A DNA stretch of 43,775 nucleotides from Phycisphaerae bacterium (GCA_037139555.1 JBAXGE010000003.1:1-43775); one strand, 5' to 3'. Positions 26,355 through 36,137 are shown, numbered from the stretch's first letter. The notes: generated from the sequence alone by a model not told the origin. Numbers and translations: made by a program.

Positions 26355-27383
26355 ATGGCTACGATGGTACCGTTGGTGGGTATGGACGAATTGATAGCGC
26401 GGCTGCGTTTGGCCCGGCGGGTAGCGATTTTCTCGCACCAACGCCCCGACACTGATGCCTTGGGTTCCCAGTGTGCCATGGCGCTGCTTTTGCGGTATCT
26501 GGGGGCTACCGAGATTACTTTGGTGGAATATGGGGATATTCCACCGGCGTATGGTTTTCTCTTGAAGGAATTTGTGCACGCCCGGCGTCGGACATGGAGC
26601 CCGGAAACCGAGGCGGCGATTGAGGCTGACTGCGATACGCTGGTGGCGGTGGATACCTGCACATGGCAGCAAATGGAAAAGGCCAGTGCCCTGCTCAAAC
26701 GTTGCAGCGCCAAAGTGGTGGCGGTGGATCATCACCTCAGCCGGGATCCCATCGGCCCGGTGATTTATGCCGATACCAACGCTGCGGCGTGTTGTCAGAT
26801 TCTCGCGGCAGCGGCGGTGGCGGCCGGGATGACACTGGACCGGGAATTGGCGCTCCCGATTATGGCCGGCTTGGCGGGTGATACCGGTTGGTTCCGCTTT
26901 GATAATACCACCCCGGCGGTGATGGAATTAGCCACGAAGTTGATCGCTACCGGTCTGGATTCCGCCCGGCTGTATCAGCAGATTATGCAGAGCGAACGCC
27001 CGGAAAAATTGGCGCTGACGGTGCGGGCGTTGGAAAGTTTGCAGTGGCACGCCGATAAACGCCTGGCGCTGATGAGCATCACCCAGGAAGATTTTCACCA
27101 GACCGGCGCGGTCTCGTCGGAAACGGAATATCTGGTGGATATCCCCCAGCAGGTGGGGTGTTGCATGGCGGTGGCCTTACTGACGGAAATGGCCGATGGC
27201 CGGGTGCGGGTTTCGATGCGCAGTAAATATGGATTGGATGTGAATGCCCTGTGCCGACAATTCGGCGGGGGCGGTCACGCCCGCGCGGCGGGGTGTCGGC
27301 TGGAAGTATCCATGGCCGAGGCCCGTTTACAGGTGGCGGCGTTGATGACTCCGGCTGTGCAGGCCGTGCCGGTGCCCAATTAG
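26355..27383 (+). CDS. nrnA: DHH/DHHA1 phosphoesterase (oligoribonuclease/pAp phosphatase NrnA)
   Basis: HQRPDTDALGS, VAVD, DHH, GDTG.F, VSMRS and GGGGHARAAG. Confidence 0.92.
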   Translation: MATMVPLVGMDELIARLRLARRVAIFSHQRPDTDALGSQCAMALLLRYLGATEITLVEYGDIPPAYGFLLKEFVHARRRTWSPETEAAIEADCDTLVAVDTCTWQQMEKASALLKRCSAKVVAVDHHLSRDPIGPVIYADTNAAACCQILAAAAVAAGMTLDRELALPIMAGLAGDTGWFRFDNTTPAVMELATKLIATGLDSARLYQQIMQSERPEKLALTVRALESLQWHADKRLALMSITQEDFHQTGAVSSETEYLVDIPQQVGCCMAVALLTEMADGRVRVSMRSKYGLDVNALCRQFGGGGHARAAGCRLEVSMAEARLQVAALMTPAVQAVPVPN

Positions 27384-27880
27384 TCCTGATCCTGATGGCG
27401 CGGAGTGGCGTCGGGGAGGGTTGCGGGTAGTTTCAGTCCGGTGGGGGTCTGCTGCCAGGTGGTGTCCGGAAACCGCATGAAGTAGGCGGCGTGATCAATG
27501 GCTTTGCCGGGCAGGCCGGGGATGGCTTTCAAATCATCGGGGCGGTTGAAAATGGGCGGCTGCCGGCCCGCCTGCAATTGCTGCTCACGGAAGTTTACAA
27601 TCTTTTGCGCCCAGTGCGTACCGATGCCGGGCAGACGACTCAAGGATTCAACCGACTCGGTGTTGGGATCAATTTGTTGCGGCAGCGGTTCGAGGGTTTG
27701 CGCACTGGCCGTGACGCCCTGATAGGGTTCTCGTTGCCACCACTGGTACGTTAACACTACCGCCAGCACAGTCAGCAGTAGCACCAACCCGATGCGTTGA
27801 CGTTGGGACCAGCCGGCCGGGTCGGCTGTGGCTTCCGGCAACTCATCTGGCGGGGGCTCAGGTGCGGGCAGGGTGGACAT
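27380..27880 (-). CDS. ComEA-like helix-hairpin-helix DNA-binding membrane protein
   Basis: One TM segment followed by IDPNT...LSRLPGIG...AQKIV.FRE and F...DDL.AIPG. Its stop overlaps the convergent nrnA stop. Confidence 0.85.
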   Translation of the reverse strand: MSTLPAPEPPPDELPEATADPAGWSQRQRIGLVLLLTVLAVVLTYQWWQREPYQGVTASAQTLEPLPQQIDPNTESVESLSRLPGIGTHWAQKIVNFREQQLQAGRQPPIFNRPDDLKAIPGLPGKAIDHAAYFMRFPDTTWQQTPTGLKLPATLPDATPRHQDQD

Positions 27881-27894
27881 CGTGGTGTTCCGGA

Positions 27895-29397
27895 TCAGGC
27901 CTTGGTTACGGGCGTTTTGCCGTTGCGGGCGCGAAAAGTCGCGGCGGCTTTACGCAGCGCCGACCACGTCTGGAGCGATTGCTTGGCCACATGCCCCTGA
28001 GTCATCAAACCGTTATGTTTGAATGTCCCTTGGGGATTGTCGGCCAGTTGGCCCCAGCAAATCGCTTCGACATAAGGTTTACTCAGACAGATGTCGGTGA
28101 CCGATTCCAGCCAACGCGATTGGATGGTTTCGTTCCACGTACGCCGCCAGCAGCCTGCGGCAATGGCCTCGGGATTCATGTCGCTGGGGGCTTCGATGGT
28201 GACGATGACCTGCTTGCCCAGTGCGGCAAAGCGGTCCAGATAACCACTGATTTGGAACAAGTCACGCTGCCAACCGCCATCGCGGGGGGCACCGAAACGG
28301 AAATTGAGCCCAAAGAGGTCAAAATCCACCCCGGATTGGACGAGCATTTCCGCGTACAGCATCGGCGGGATGCTGCGTTGATTCAGAGCGTAATATTCGC
28401 CCCATGGCTGGGTCAATTCGACCAGCGTACGCGATCCCGGAGCGATTTTCTTGACCAGATGCACGGTCAGACGGGTTAGGTCCATCAACTGGTCAAACGA
28501 GAAGCTCAGTTGATTGTTGACGTGCAAACCACTCAGGACATTCCAGATGGAAACGTAGGTGCCATAACGACTTACCACGCGGTCAATATGCTCGACCAGA
28601 AAATCACGGATGGTTTCGTAGTCATGCTCCCAGGTGTAAATCCAATCGGGGGCATTGTTATCGCTGAACTGGACCAGTGCGCCAGCCATCATGGGCACTT
28701 TGCGCTTGTACATGTATTCCACCCAGTCATCCGACAGGGTCCACTCAAATTCCTGTTCGGCGGGTTCAATCATGCGCCACGGCATGGGCAGGCACACAAA
28801 GTCACTCGCCGTGGCGGCGACTTTGCGAAAATCCTCTTCCACTACATGCAGGTCAACCCGTAAGCCAAAGGCATTTTTCGGCAGGCTGCCGGTCATGAGT
28901 CGCCGTTGCAGCAGGATATCGGCGTGCGTCAGGGCGGCCTGTTCCGACAACGGCAAGGTTGCGGTCAGACAGCGATCCGCATAATGGGAGGCCACCGGCG
29001 GATTGTCGCTATTCACGATGGCCTCAATGAGCAAGTCGCGACAGGCGTCGGCTTTATCGCTGATGATCTGGGCTTCGGTCAGGTCGTGGAGACCCCATTC
29101 TTCGCGTTTCATGGTAAAACGCATCAGCCGGCCCCGGGCCAGTTCGATATTCAGATTGTAGGGGTCATCACGTTCGGGCAGACGGGTGGTATCGAGCAAT
29201 ACCGTGCCAAAATTTTTCACATCCCACATCAGGCAGAGGGACGCGGGGCCGGCAGCACGTTTGCGAATAACCAATTGGCCGTTGGCGTAGGTAAATTCCG
29301 CTTTGATGGGCACCAGATCGGGGCCAATGACGTAAGCCGCCGACAAATCAATTGCGGGGGGGTGAACGCCATCGCGAAAAACTAAAAAACGCAGCAT
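27895..29397 (-). CDS. GH10-like TIM-barrel protein, cytoplasmic, catalytic motifs degenerate
   Basis: MPWRMIEP...FEW..SD..V, APDW, HIDRVVSRYG...WNV, FDLFGL, LDRFAALGK.V.V, W.E..Q..W and ICWG. The canonical WDVVNE motif is replaced by WNVLSG. Confidence 0.7.
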   Translation of the reverse strand: MLRFLVFRDGVHPPAIDLSAAYVIGPDLVPIKAEFTYANGQLVIRKRAAGPASLCLMWDVKNFGTVLLDTTRLPERDDPYNLNIELARGRLMRFTMKREEWGLHDLTEAQIISDKADACRDLLIEAIVNSDNPPVASHYADRCLTATLPLSEQAALTHADILLQRRLMTGSLPKNAFGLRVDLHVVEEDFRKVAATASDFVCLPMPWRMIEPAEQEFEWTLSDDWVEYMYKRKVPMMAGALVQFSDNNAPDWIYTWEHDYETIRDFLVEHIDRVVSRYGTYVSIWNVLSGLHVNNQLSFSFDQLMDLTRLTVHLVKKIAPGSRTLVELTQPWGEYYALNQRSIPPMLYAEMLVQSGVDFDLFGLNFRFGAPRDGGWQRDLFQISGYLDRFAALGKQVIVTIEAPSDMNPEAIAAGCWRRTWNETIQSRWLESVTDICLSKPYVEAICWGQLADNPQGTFKHNGLMTQGHVAKQSLQTWSALRKAAATFRARNGKTPVTKA

Positions 29398-29544
29398 TAC
29401 CAGTGTGCCTGTTCTGTAAAAAACATTTTTCGACCACTGACGTCGTCAAAGCGCGGTGGGCACCCTTTACGACGACAATGTAATCGGGAGTATATACCAA
29501 CCCGGAGGATAGTTAAAGTGTGGTGCACACTTAAAACGTCAAGG

Positions 29545-30027
29545 TTAGCGTGGCAATTGGGAGGGACGAGTTAATCCGCCTTGTTCCACGTCGGTCATAT
29601 AGGCCAAAGTCCGTTCCAATTGGCTCTGCAGGTGGCGGACTTTAAGCAGGCTGCGGACGCGGGTGAGTAGCTCAAATTTGTTGATGGGCTTGGATAAAAA
29701 GTCGTCGGTGCCAGACTCCACGCCCCGTTCCACATCGCCGAGTTCATTGAGGGCGGTGACCATGATTACGGGGATGTTTTGGAACTGAGGATCGGCTTTG
29801 AGACGTTTGCAGACCTCAAAACCGCTCATGCGGGGCATCATCACATCAAGTAGGATGAGATCAGGGGATTTGGCGCGGACCTTTTCCAGCGCATCCACCC
29901 CATCTACGGCCACCAGGGTGGTACAGTCAATGGTTTCCAGATATGCCTGAATGAGTTCGGCATTCTGGGCATTGTCATCCACGATTAGAATCAGGGGCGT
30001 CTGGGTGCCCGGATTGGCCTGGGTCAT
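29545..30027 (-). CDS. Response regulator, receiver domain plus short coiled-coil tail (no output domain)
   Basis: ILIVDD, PDLILLDVMMP.MSGFEVC, IPVIMVTA and DDFLSKP. Confidence 0.93.
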   Translation of the reverse strand: MTQANPGTQTPLILIVDDNAQNAELIQAYLETIDCTTLVAVDGVDALEKVRAKSPDLILLDVMMPRMSGFEVCKRLKADPQFQNIPVIMVTALNELGDVERGVESGTDDFLSKPINKFELLTRVRSLLKVRHLQSQLERTLAYMTDVEQGGLTRPSQLPR

Positions 30028-30198
30028 GATAAAGCTCCACCTGCAATTACGTCGCGAACTATCGAGTCCGCAGACAAGATATCATGGGTGCCAGTATAAC
30101 CGCCCCCATAATTCTTGCCCAATGGTAACGTGGCAGATGGGGAGTAAATCCCCGCCAGGGGACACCCCGGCACACCCAGACACGCCCCTAAAGGGGAC

Positions 30199-30339
30199 TT
30201 ATTCGCTGGTTTTACCCTGTTCCCAAGCTACCAAGGCCCGACGGGCACTTAAACGCGCTTGTTTGTGAGATTGGAAACGACCATTGCCGATACCGATTTT
30301 GTGCGAACGCACTTTGGACCCAGAGGTACGACGATGCAT
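30199..30339 (-). CDS. Small highly basic protein (46 aa)
   Basis: MHRRTSGSKVRSHKIGIGNGRFQSHKQARLSARRALVAWEQGKTSE*. AGGAG RBS 8 nt before the ATG. Upstream TTGCAT-16-TAGAGT (30419-30392). Confidence 0.7.
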   Translation of the reverse strand: MHRRTSGSKVRSHKIGIGNGRFQSHKQARLSARRALVAWEQGKTSE

Positions 30340-30714
30340 AACCACTACTCCTGTAAAAAAGGACGCAGTAACTTGCTTCCGGCACTTATTAACTCTACGC
30401 ATCGCAGCACCCGATGCAAGCAAATTCTTAAAAGATTTACCGTGCCTAAAGCTTAGGCAAATACTGAGTGTTTAATAGGTTTATACGCGTGCAGTTAGCA
30501 CCGGAATTTGACGGGCGATGCCGCCACAGTAGCAGTTTCATTCGGACGATTGCGGAGCATAGCCTCGGCGGTCGCGTAGCAGATATCTGAGCGAAAGGAA
30601 GCGAAATAATATTTTGAACGAATAACCTTTTGGCGGTAACGTTGTCTTATTACGCAGGCTTCGTGTTCTGGCTATAATCAGACCCGTGGCAATTTCTTTT
30701 TAAGGAAGCTATTC

Positions 30715-32475
30715 ATGTTAAAGACAACCCGGCGGTGGATGGCAGCGGCGATGGTGTTGACCGTAGCGGTGGCAGGCGCGGGCTTGGCCCGGGCGCAGGA
30801 GGCGGCACTAAAACTGTTGCCCTCGGATACCCAGGCCATCATCATGGCCAAGAGCCTGAAAAGTTTGGACAACAAAATTGGCAATATGACCACCCAACTG
30901 GGCGTGCAGGCCCCGCCCAATGCCATTTCCACGCTGGTGGAAGGCTTTGGGGTGGCGGATGCCATTGATATGGATGGCTCGTTGGTGATTGCGTTGCTGC
31001 CCAAAGCCAAGGACCAGCCGCAGGCTAAGCCTCCTGTGGTGGTATTGATCCCCGCCAAAGATGGCAAAGCTCTGTTGGTTCCGTTTCAACCCACGGATCC
31101 CAAAGACGGTCTGATTACCATCACCGGCCCCCAGGGCGATGAAATGACCGCGGCGCTGCTGAATAAATATGTGGTGGTGGGACAAACGCCGGAAGTGGTC
31201 AAACAATTTCTGGCCAGTCCCAATAAATTGGATGGCGTGCTCAAGGCCGAACTGAAGCAAATCTTCAGCGCCAACGATCTGACGATCTATGCCAATACAC
31301 CCGAAATCAACAAGGCCTACGGCAATCAGATTGCCGGGGTTAAATTGATGGCCATGGAAGCCATCAAGATGCAGAAGGACCCCAACGCCCCGTTGGTTCA
31401 GGCGATGGCGGCACTTTTCTTTGATGGCGTCAAAAACTATCTGACCCAGTCGGATGCTGGCGTGGTGGGCATACGTTTGACCGATGACAGCGTGAATCTG
31501 AGTGTCAGTGGCCACTTCAAGCCCGGCAGTGATATTGCCAAGCTGATAGCTGCGCAAAAAGCCGCGAAGGTTGTGGACCTGACCGGTCTGCCTGCGGGCA
31601 AGTATTTGGCCGCGTTCTCCGTGGCGTGGGATGATGTCTCGGTGGGTGCGCAGATCACCAAGACGGTCAATGATATTCTCAAATATCCCGCACTGGCCCA
31701 ATCGCCCATGGCGGCCAAGGCCACCGAAGCCATGACCACGCAAATGGAAGTGATGAAACTGACCCGCGGGATCAAGGGCGTCATGTTGGAGCCTGTACTG
31801 GACAGCAAAGCAGGCAAACTGAACGGGGTCTTCATCTACGCGATGTCTGATGCCACCAAGGCCAAAGATTTAATCCAAAAGTTCTACGAATCGTCCGCGC
31901 TGGATTTTGGGACCCAGGCCAAGGGACTCAAGACCACCATCAAGGCGGAAAAGGATGCCCTGAAGGTGGCCGGGATGAGCTTTGATAAATTGACGATTAC
32001 CGCGCAGGTGGATGAAACCACCGTCACGCCTCAAGAAGCGGAAATGATGAAGAAAACGCTGACCGCCATGTATGGCGAAGATGGCACGATTACCTATTAC
32101 ATCGGGTTTGATACCAAGAATCTCCTCGCGGTAATTGGGAGCGAAGACCTGCTTAAGAAGGCGGTCGTTAGTTACCAGAGCAATGATGGCGCATTGGAAA
32201 AAGATGCGGGTGTTATTGCCGGTAAGAAATTGCTCAAGAACAGCAATATGATGGTGGCCTATATGCCCGTGGCCAGTTGGGTGGAAATGGCCAAAAAGGC
32301 TTTCCTGCCGGAAATGGCCGATCCTGCGGTGGACCCGGCGGCGCCCAAGGCCGCAACCCCGCCGATGGTGATGGGAATGGGCGCCACTGACACCGCCCTG
32401 ACCACGGAAATTATCATGCCGATGAGCACGGTGAAATTTCTGGTCAAAGAAGCCCAGGCCTTGCAGGGCCATTAA
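30715..32475 (+). CDS. Exported hypothetical protein (DUF3352-like alpha/beta repeat architecture, tentative)
   Basis: Sec signal peptide (..GAGLARA|QE), LKLLPSD near the mature N-terminus, TATAAT at 30673-30678, AAGGA RBS and a following terminator. Confidence 0.75.
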   Translation: MLKTTRRWMAAAMVLTVAVAGAGLARAQEAALKLLPSDTQAIIMAKSLKSLDNKIGNMTTQLGVQAPPNAISTLVEGFGVADAIDMDGSLVIALLPKAKDQPQAKPPVVVLIPAKDGKALLVPFQPTDPKDGLITITGPQGDEMTAALLNKYVVVGQTPEVVKQFLASPNKLDGVLKAELKQIFSANDLTIYANTPEINKAYGNQIAGVKLMAMEAIKMQKDPNAPLVQAMAALFFDGVKNYLTQSDAGVVGIRLTDDSVNLSVSGHFKPGSDIAKLIAAQKAAKVVDLTGLPAGKYLAAFSVAWDDVSVGAQITKTVNDILKYPALAQSPMAAKATEAMTTQMEVMKLTRGIKGVMLEPVLDSKAGKLNGVFIYAMSDATKAKDLIQKFYESSALDFGTQAKGLKTTIKAEKDALKVAGMSFDKLTITAQVDETTVTPQEAEMMKKTLTAMYGEDGTITYYIGFDTKNLLAVIGSEDLLKKAVVSYQSNDGALEKDAGVIAGKKLLKNSNMMVAYMPVASWVEMAKKAFLPEMADPAVDPAAPKAATPPMVMGMGATDTALTTEIIMPMSTVKFLVKEAQALQGH

Positions 32476-32502
32476 GCCTGCTTCCCTATAGCGTTAAATA
32501 GC

Positions 32503-32534
32503 AAAGGGCTGCGGTGAGAACCGCAGTCCTTTTT
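32503..32534. terminator. Probable bidirectional intrinsic terminator
   Basis: aaagggctgcggt-gaga-accgcagtccttttt lies between convergent genes. Confidence 0.8.
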
Positions 32535-32557
32535 GTTGTGTGAATAATCGCGGTGGT

Positions 32558-33277
32558 TTACTGGAAATCCGCATTGGTAAAGACGTTCTGCACATCGTCA
32601 TTTTCTTCAAACGTTTCAATTAATGCCTGCATGGACTCGGCCTTGGCGCCGCTGAGTTGTACCATTTGGCTGGGAATAGAAACAAACTCCGCCGAGACCA
32701 GCGCAATCTTGGCGGCCACAAGGGCTTTGCGCACGGGTTCAAAGTCGGTCATGGCGGTGATGATCTCGTAGCCTTCTTCGGAGACCTGCACATCTTCCGC
32801 GCCGGCTTCGATGGCCAGTTCCATCAGTTTGTCTTCGGCCACCCGAGTACGTTCGATATTGATGACGCCTTTGCGGCTGAACATCCAGGCCACCGAATTG
32901 GTGGCCCCCATGGAGCCGCCGTTGTGGTCGAAGATGGTGCGGATTTCGCCCGCAGTACGGTTACGGTTATTGGACAGGGCTTCGACCAGGATGGCGATCC
33001 CGCCGGGTCCATAGCCTTCATAGGTGATGTTTTCAAAGTTGTCGCTGCCGAACTCCCCGCAGCCACGTTTGACGTTCTAGTCAATCGTGTCATTGGGCAT
33101 ATTGGCCGCGCAGGCCTTGTCAATGGCGTAGCGCAGGGTCAGATTGTCATCGGGATTCGCCCCATTCTTGGCGGCGATAATGATCAAGCGGGCGAGTTTG
33201 CTCCACTGTTTGCCCCGGCGTGCGTCCACCACGGCTTTATTGTGCTTGATGGATTTCCAATGCGAATGTCCGGCAAT
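32558..33277 (-). pseudogene. yebC: YebC/PmpR (TACO1) family gene with ATT at the start position and an in-frame TAG at codon 67 (pseudogene, sequence error or recoded)
   Basis: One frame reads (ATT)AGHSHWKSIKHNK...RGKQWSKL...NPDDNLTLRYAIDKACAANMPNDTID*NVKRG...YEGYGPGG.AILVE..SNNRNRT...DDVQNVFTN. TAG at 33079-33077, ATT at 33277-33275 and AGGAAG RBS upstream. Confidence 0.85.
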
Positions 33278-33314
33278 AATTGCTTCCTAGCTAACTTAAT
33301 TACACAACGTCACA

Positions 33315-35333
33315 TTACAAAGTTACCGCGATCATACCATGCCCCTTGAGCTCGGGCAGGGTAAAGGCCAACGCCTCATTGCTCCAGGTGAATTCCAGCG
33401 GTTCACCTGCGGGCACCACGGTGACGGCTTTGGGCTGGGTCCGGGTTTGCAGGACCACCTCCAGATCATACAGCGGCACCACGTCTTCTATGATGTCAAT
33501 CCCCGGCGCGCGGCGTTCGGATTGATACCCCAGCAGATGCACAATCAGAGTCTGCCGGCGGTCCTGCCGCTGTTGGGTGACGGTGGCTTCCAGATAGCTG
33601 GGGCCGCTGACGGTGATGAGCTGTTTGCCCAGCAGAGCATCCAAAGTGGTCTTGACCAAATTGCGGTAGGGGAGATTGCCATGCTTGGCGTAGGCTTCAA
33701 ACACATTGAAGGCGATATGTCCCACGCGGCCATGGACACTGCCGAGGGCGTAGGGGCTGAGTTTGTCGCCGGGGGTTTGGTTATGGCTGCAGAAGTGATC
33801 CCAGGTGCGATCGAAATAGGGCTCGACCACCCCGGCTATGACCTGGGTGCCGCGTTGGGCAGTGACCCGAACGGTACGATCGTAGATGATGTGATCGGTC
33901 GGCGCGGCGGCGGCCCTATATTTGCCTAAGAACCGCATGTAAGTGGCCTGATAGGGTGATTCGCCCGCTGTGGTCAGGCCCAACTCACGCAGGAAGCTGG
34001 GGGTACCGTCGGAACCCAGCCCGCTGCTGCCGGTGAACAACACCCGCCCCTCGGCCTTGATATAAGCACGTAATTCGTCGGCCAGGGCCGCGTCCAGCGC
34101 CAGACTGTCGGGCACGATCAGCAAATCATACTTGGATAAATCGCAACCGGTTTGGACGACATCAAACTGATGCCGTAATTGGGTCAGCATCCGCACCGCA
34201 CCTTCGTCGGTCTGGCTGGTGGATTGGGTGGTGTTGGTCACGCCGGTGGGTTTCTGGAACAGGCCAATCTGGGTGACCGGCTTGGCCTTCACCAACCACG
34301 GTTCGCACTCGGTCACATGACTGTAAGCATGGCCGATGAGTTCATAGACGGCTTTATCCAGTACGCCGCGCGGGTGTAGTTGGTCTCCGATCGAGCAGGC
34401 CGCGCCGTGGGCAATCATCGAGGCGGTTTCATAAGCCAGGGCCGCATGGGGTTTCATCCCGCCAAAGTCGGCCCAGCTTTTGTGGAACCGCGCGGTCATG
34501 CCCAATACGGGCTTGGGGCTGACCGTGCGGGCGAAGCGCATGTTGATGGGGAAGTACATGTACCCCCAGCCACCGGTGGGCAGGGCTTCGATTTCGGCCT
34601 GGGTCATGAAATCGATATCGCTGGCGAGTTGGAACAGCGGCCGACAGTTAAAAAACACTGTGGCATCGGGGCTGCTGGCTTTGACCTGACGGTACAGACG
34701 CTTCATGTAGCGCTTGGCAACCACGGTGGCAAAGCGCTCGCGGCTTTCCGTACACTCGGGGTTCAGGCCTTCCTTACGCATGGCGTTGAGGAAGTATGGA
34801 TTGGTCGAGGGCTGGTCCCAGCACATATCAAAGAAAATACCGTCGGCGGGCTGGAACAGCTTTAATACCTCGGCGGTCTGTTCGGCCAGAAAATCCTGAT
34901 ACGGGCTGGTCATGTCCATGATCTGCCAGCCGGGGGTAAAGACCTTGTTGTTTTGTTTGGAACGCTTTACCAGCGAGGAATCCGCTTCCCGCGCGATCCA
35001 TTCCGGATGAGTATTGGCGGCGTATTCATCGCATAACACGCTGAGGTAAATCGGGGCACGAATACCCACGCGGTGCAGGGCTTCGACCTGCTGACCGACC
35101 ATATCCAGCCCCTTTTTCAACCCCGGATGCCGTTCGGGACGCTTGGAGTTGTAGTACAGATGGCCGTGGTGGCACTTGGCAAACAAGGTGACCGAGTTCA
35201 CATGGGCGTCTTTCATGGTCTGGGCGAATTGCTGGGGGTCGAAATTCGCGCCCACATCCGGGATTTGCGGCCCGGTATGAAAATCCAGGTGAACCTGACG
35301 CATCGGAAACGCGAAGGGGAGCTTGGCAGCCAT
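33315..35333 (-). CDS. Glycoside hydrolase, GH151/GHL6-like (putative alpha-L-fucosidase) with GH42-type trimerisation domain
   Basis: RQVHLDFHT, VNSVTLFAKCHHG, DGIFFD, EIEALPTGGWGY, GMTARFHKSWADFGG.K and SIGDQLHPRG. Start at ATG 35333. Confidence 0.8.
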   Translation of the reverse strand: MAAKLPFAFPMRQVHLDFHTGPQIPDVGANFDPQQFAQTMKDAHVNSVTLFAKCHHGHLYYNSKRPERHPGLKKGLDMVGQQVEALHRVGIRAPIYLSVLCDEYAANTHPEWIAREADSSLVKRSKQNNKVFTPGWQIMDMTSPYQDFLAEQTAEVLKLFQPADGIFFDMCWDQPSTNPYFLNAMRKEGLNPECTESRERFATVVAKRYMKRLYRQVKASSPDATVFFNCRPLFQLASDIDFMTQAEIEALPTGGWGYMYFPINMRFARTVSPKPVLGMTARFHKSWADFGGMKPHAALAYETASMIAHGAACSIGDQLHPRGVLDKAVYELIGHAYSHVTECEPWLVKAKPVTQIGLFQKPTGVTNTTQSTSQTDEGAVRMLTQLRHQFDVVQTGCDLSKYDLLIVPDSLALDAALADELRAYIKAEGRVLFTGSSGLGSDGTPSFLRELGLTTAGESPYQATYMRFLGKYRAAAAPTDHIIYDRTVRVTAQRGTQVIAGVVEPYFDRTWDHFCSHNQTPGDKLSPYALGSVHGRVGHIAFNVFEAYAKHGNLPYRNLVKTTLDALLGKQLITVSGPSYLEATVTQQRQDRRQTLIVHLLGYQSERRAPGIDIIEDVVPLYDLEVVLQTRTQPKAVTVVPAGEPLEFTWSNEALAFTLPELKGHGMIAVTL

Positions 35334-35459
35334 GGAAAAAACCTTGTGTAAATACAATATCACTAATGCGTTATGCAAAACGGGCATGTTAGCCCAAAGG
35401 GCGGATTGCGTCTATCGGATGGCAGGATGTGGGCGAGAGAAAATATTGCTGGTGGAGAC

Positions 35460-35488
35460 TTGCTAATCCAGAAACATTCCTATATGAT
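35460..35488 (+). promoter_or_regulatory. Sigma70-type promoter TTGCTA-17-TATGAT
   Basis: TTGCTA at 35460-35465, TATGAT at 35483-35488, and AAGGAG RBS before 35528. Confidence 0.6.
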
Positions 35489-35527
35489 GATTCAGTAATA
35501 TAAAGGCACTAACTCAAGGAGTCCAGA

Positions 35528-36094
35528 ATGGCCGAACCGATTATGACGATGACCCCGCAGGAACTGCAAAAGCAATTAAACACTGCGGGCGACGAGACGG
35601 TGCTGCTGGATGTACGCACGCACGGTGAATTTACTGAAGCGCATATTCCCGGAGTGGTGAATATCCCACTGCCGGACCTGAGTAGTCAAATGGCCACGCT
35701 GCGCGGGAGTAAACAACCGCTGGTATTGGTATGCAAGAGTGGTGGTCGGGCACGCAAGGCGCACGAAGTATTGCGTCATGCGGGCGTGGCGTCCTGTGTG
35801 GTCTTGGAAGGTGGTACCGATGGCTGGATGCAGGCAGGGCTGCCGGTGGTGGTCAATACAGGTAAAGCAACCGGACTGCCGATTATGCGTCAGGTGCAGA
35901 TGGTCGTGGGATTCTGCGGGTTGTTGGGCGCGGTGTTGGCGTTGACTGTGCATCCCTTATGGGCGCTGCTGCCAGCCGCGGTGGGGCTGGGTTTGTTGTT
36001 CGCGGGTCTGACCGGCATTTGCGGATTGGCCATATTTTTAGCATATATGCCATGGAATCGTGGGCAAATTTGTGGCACCAGTTGCAGTCGTTGA
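35528..36094 (+). CDS. Rhodanese domain plus DUF2892 membrane domain (YgaP-like sulfurtransferase)
   Basis: LLDVRT..EF...HIPG..NIPL, active-site loop CKSGGR, LEGG..GW..AGLP, then RQVQ...GLLFAGLTGICG.A.FL..MPWN. Confidence 0.9.
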   Translation: MAEPIMTMTPQELQKQLNTAGDETVLLDVRTHGEFTEAHIPGVVNIPLPDLSSQMATLRGSKQPLVLVCKSGGRARKAHEVLRHAGVASCVVLEGGTDGWMQAGLPVVVNTGKATGLPIMRQVQMVVGFCGLLGAVLALTVHPLWALLPAAVGLGLLFAGLTGICGLAIFLAYMPWNRGQICGTSCSR

Positions 36095-36137
36095 CGGTAT
36101 CATTGAGTGCGTGGTTCAAACAACAGGAGACATAACC

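Noticed and set aside
30141-30195. Short C-rich quasi-repeats (gacaccccgg/cacacccaga/cacgccccta) and GC hairpins
   Set aside because: They are too short and degenerate for a CRISPR or REP call, and probably represent terminator-region structure.
30480-30660. Possible ncRNA or riboswitch in the long intergenic region
   Set aside because: I found only short local hairpins (for example tgcctaa-agc-ttaggca just upstream) and no recognisable family motif.
33077-33079. Genome-wide TAG reassignment or pyrrolysine as the explanation for the yebC stop
   Set aside because: TAG ends ribF, mreC, nrnA and the prenyltransferase-repeat gene at normal lengths, and no pyl genes are visible in the window.
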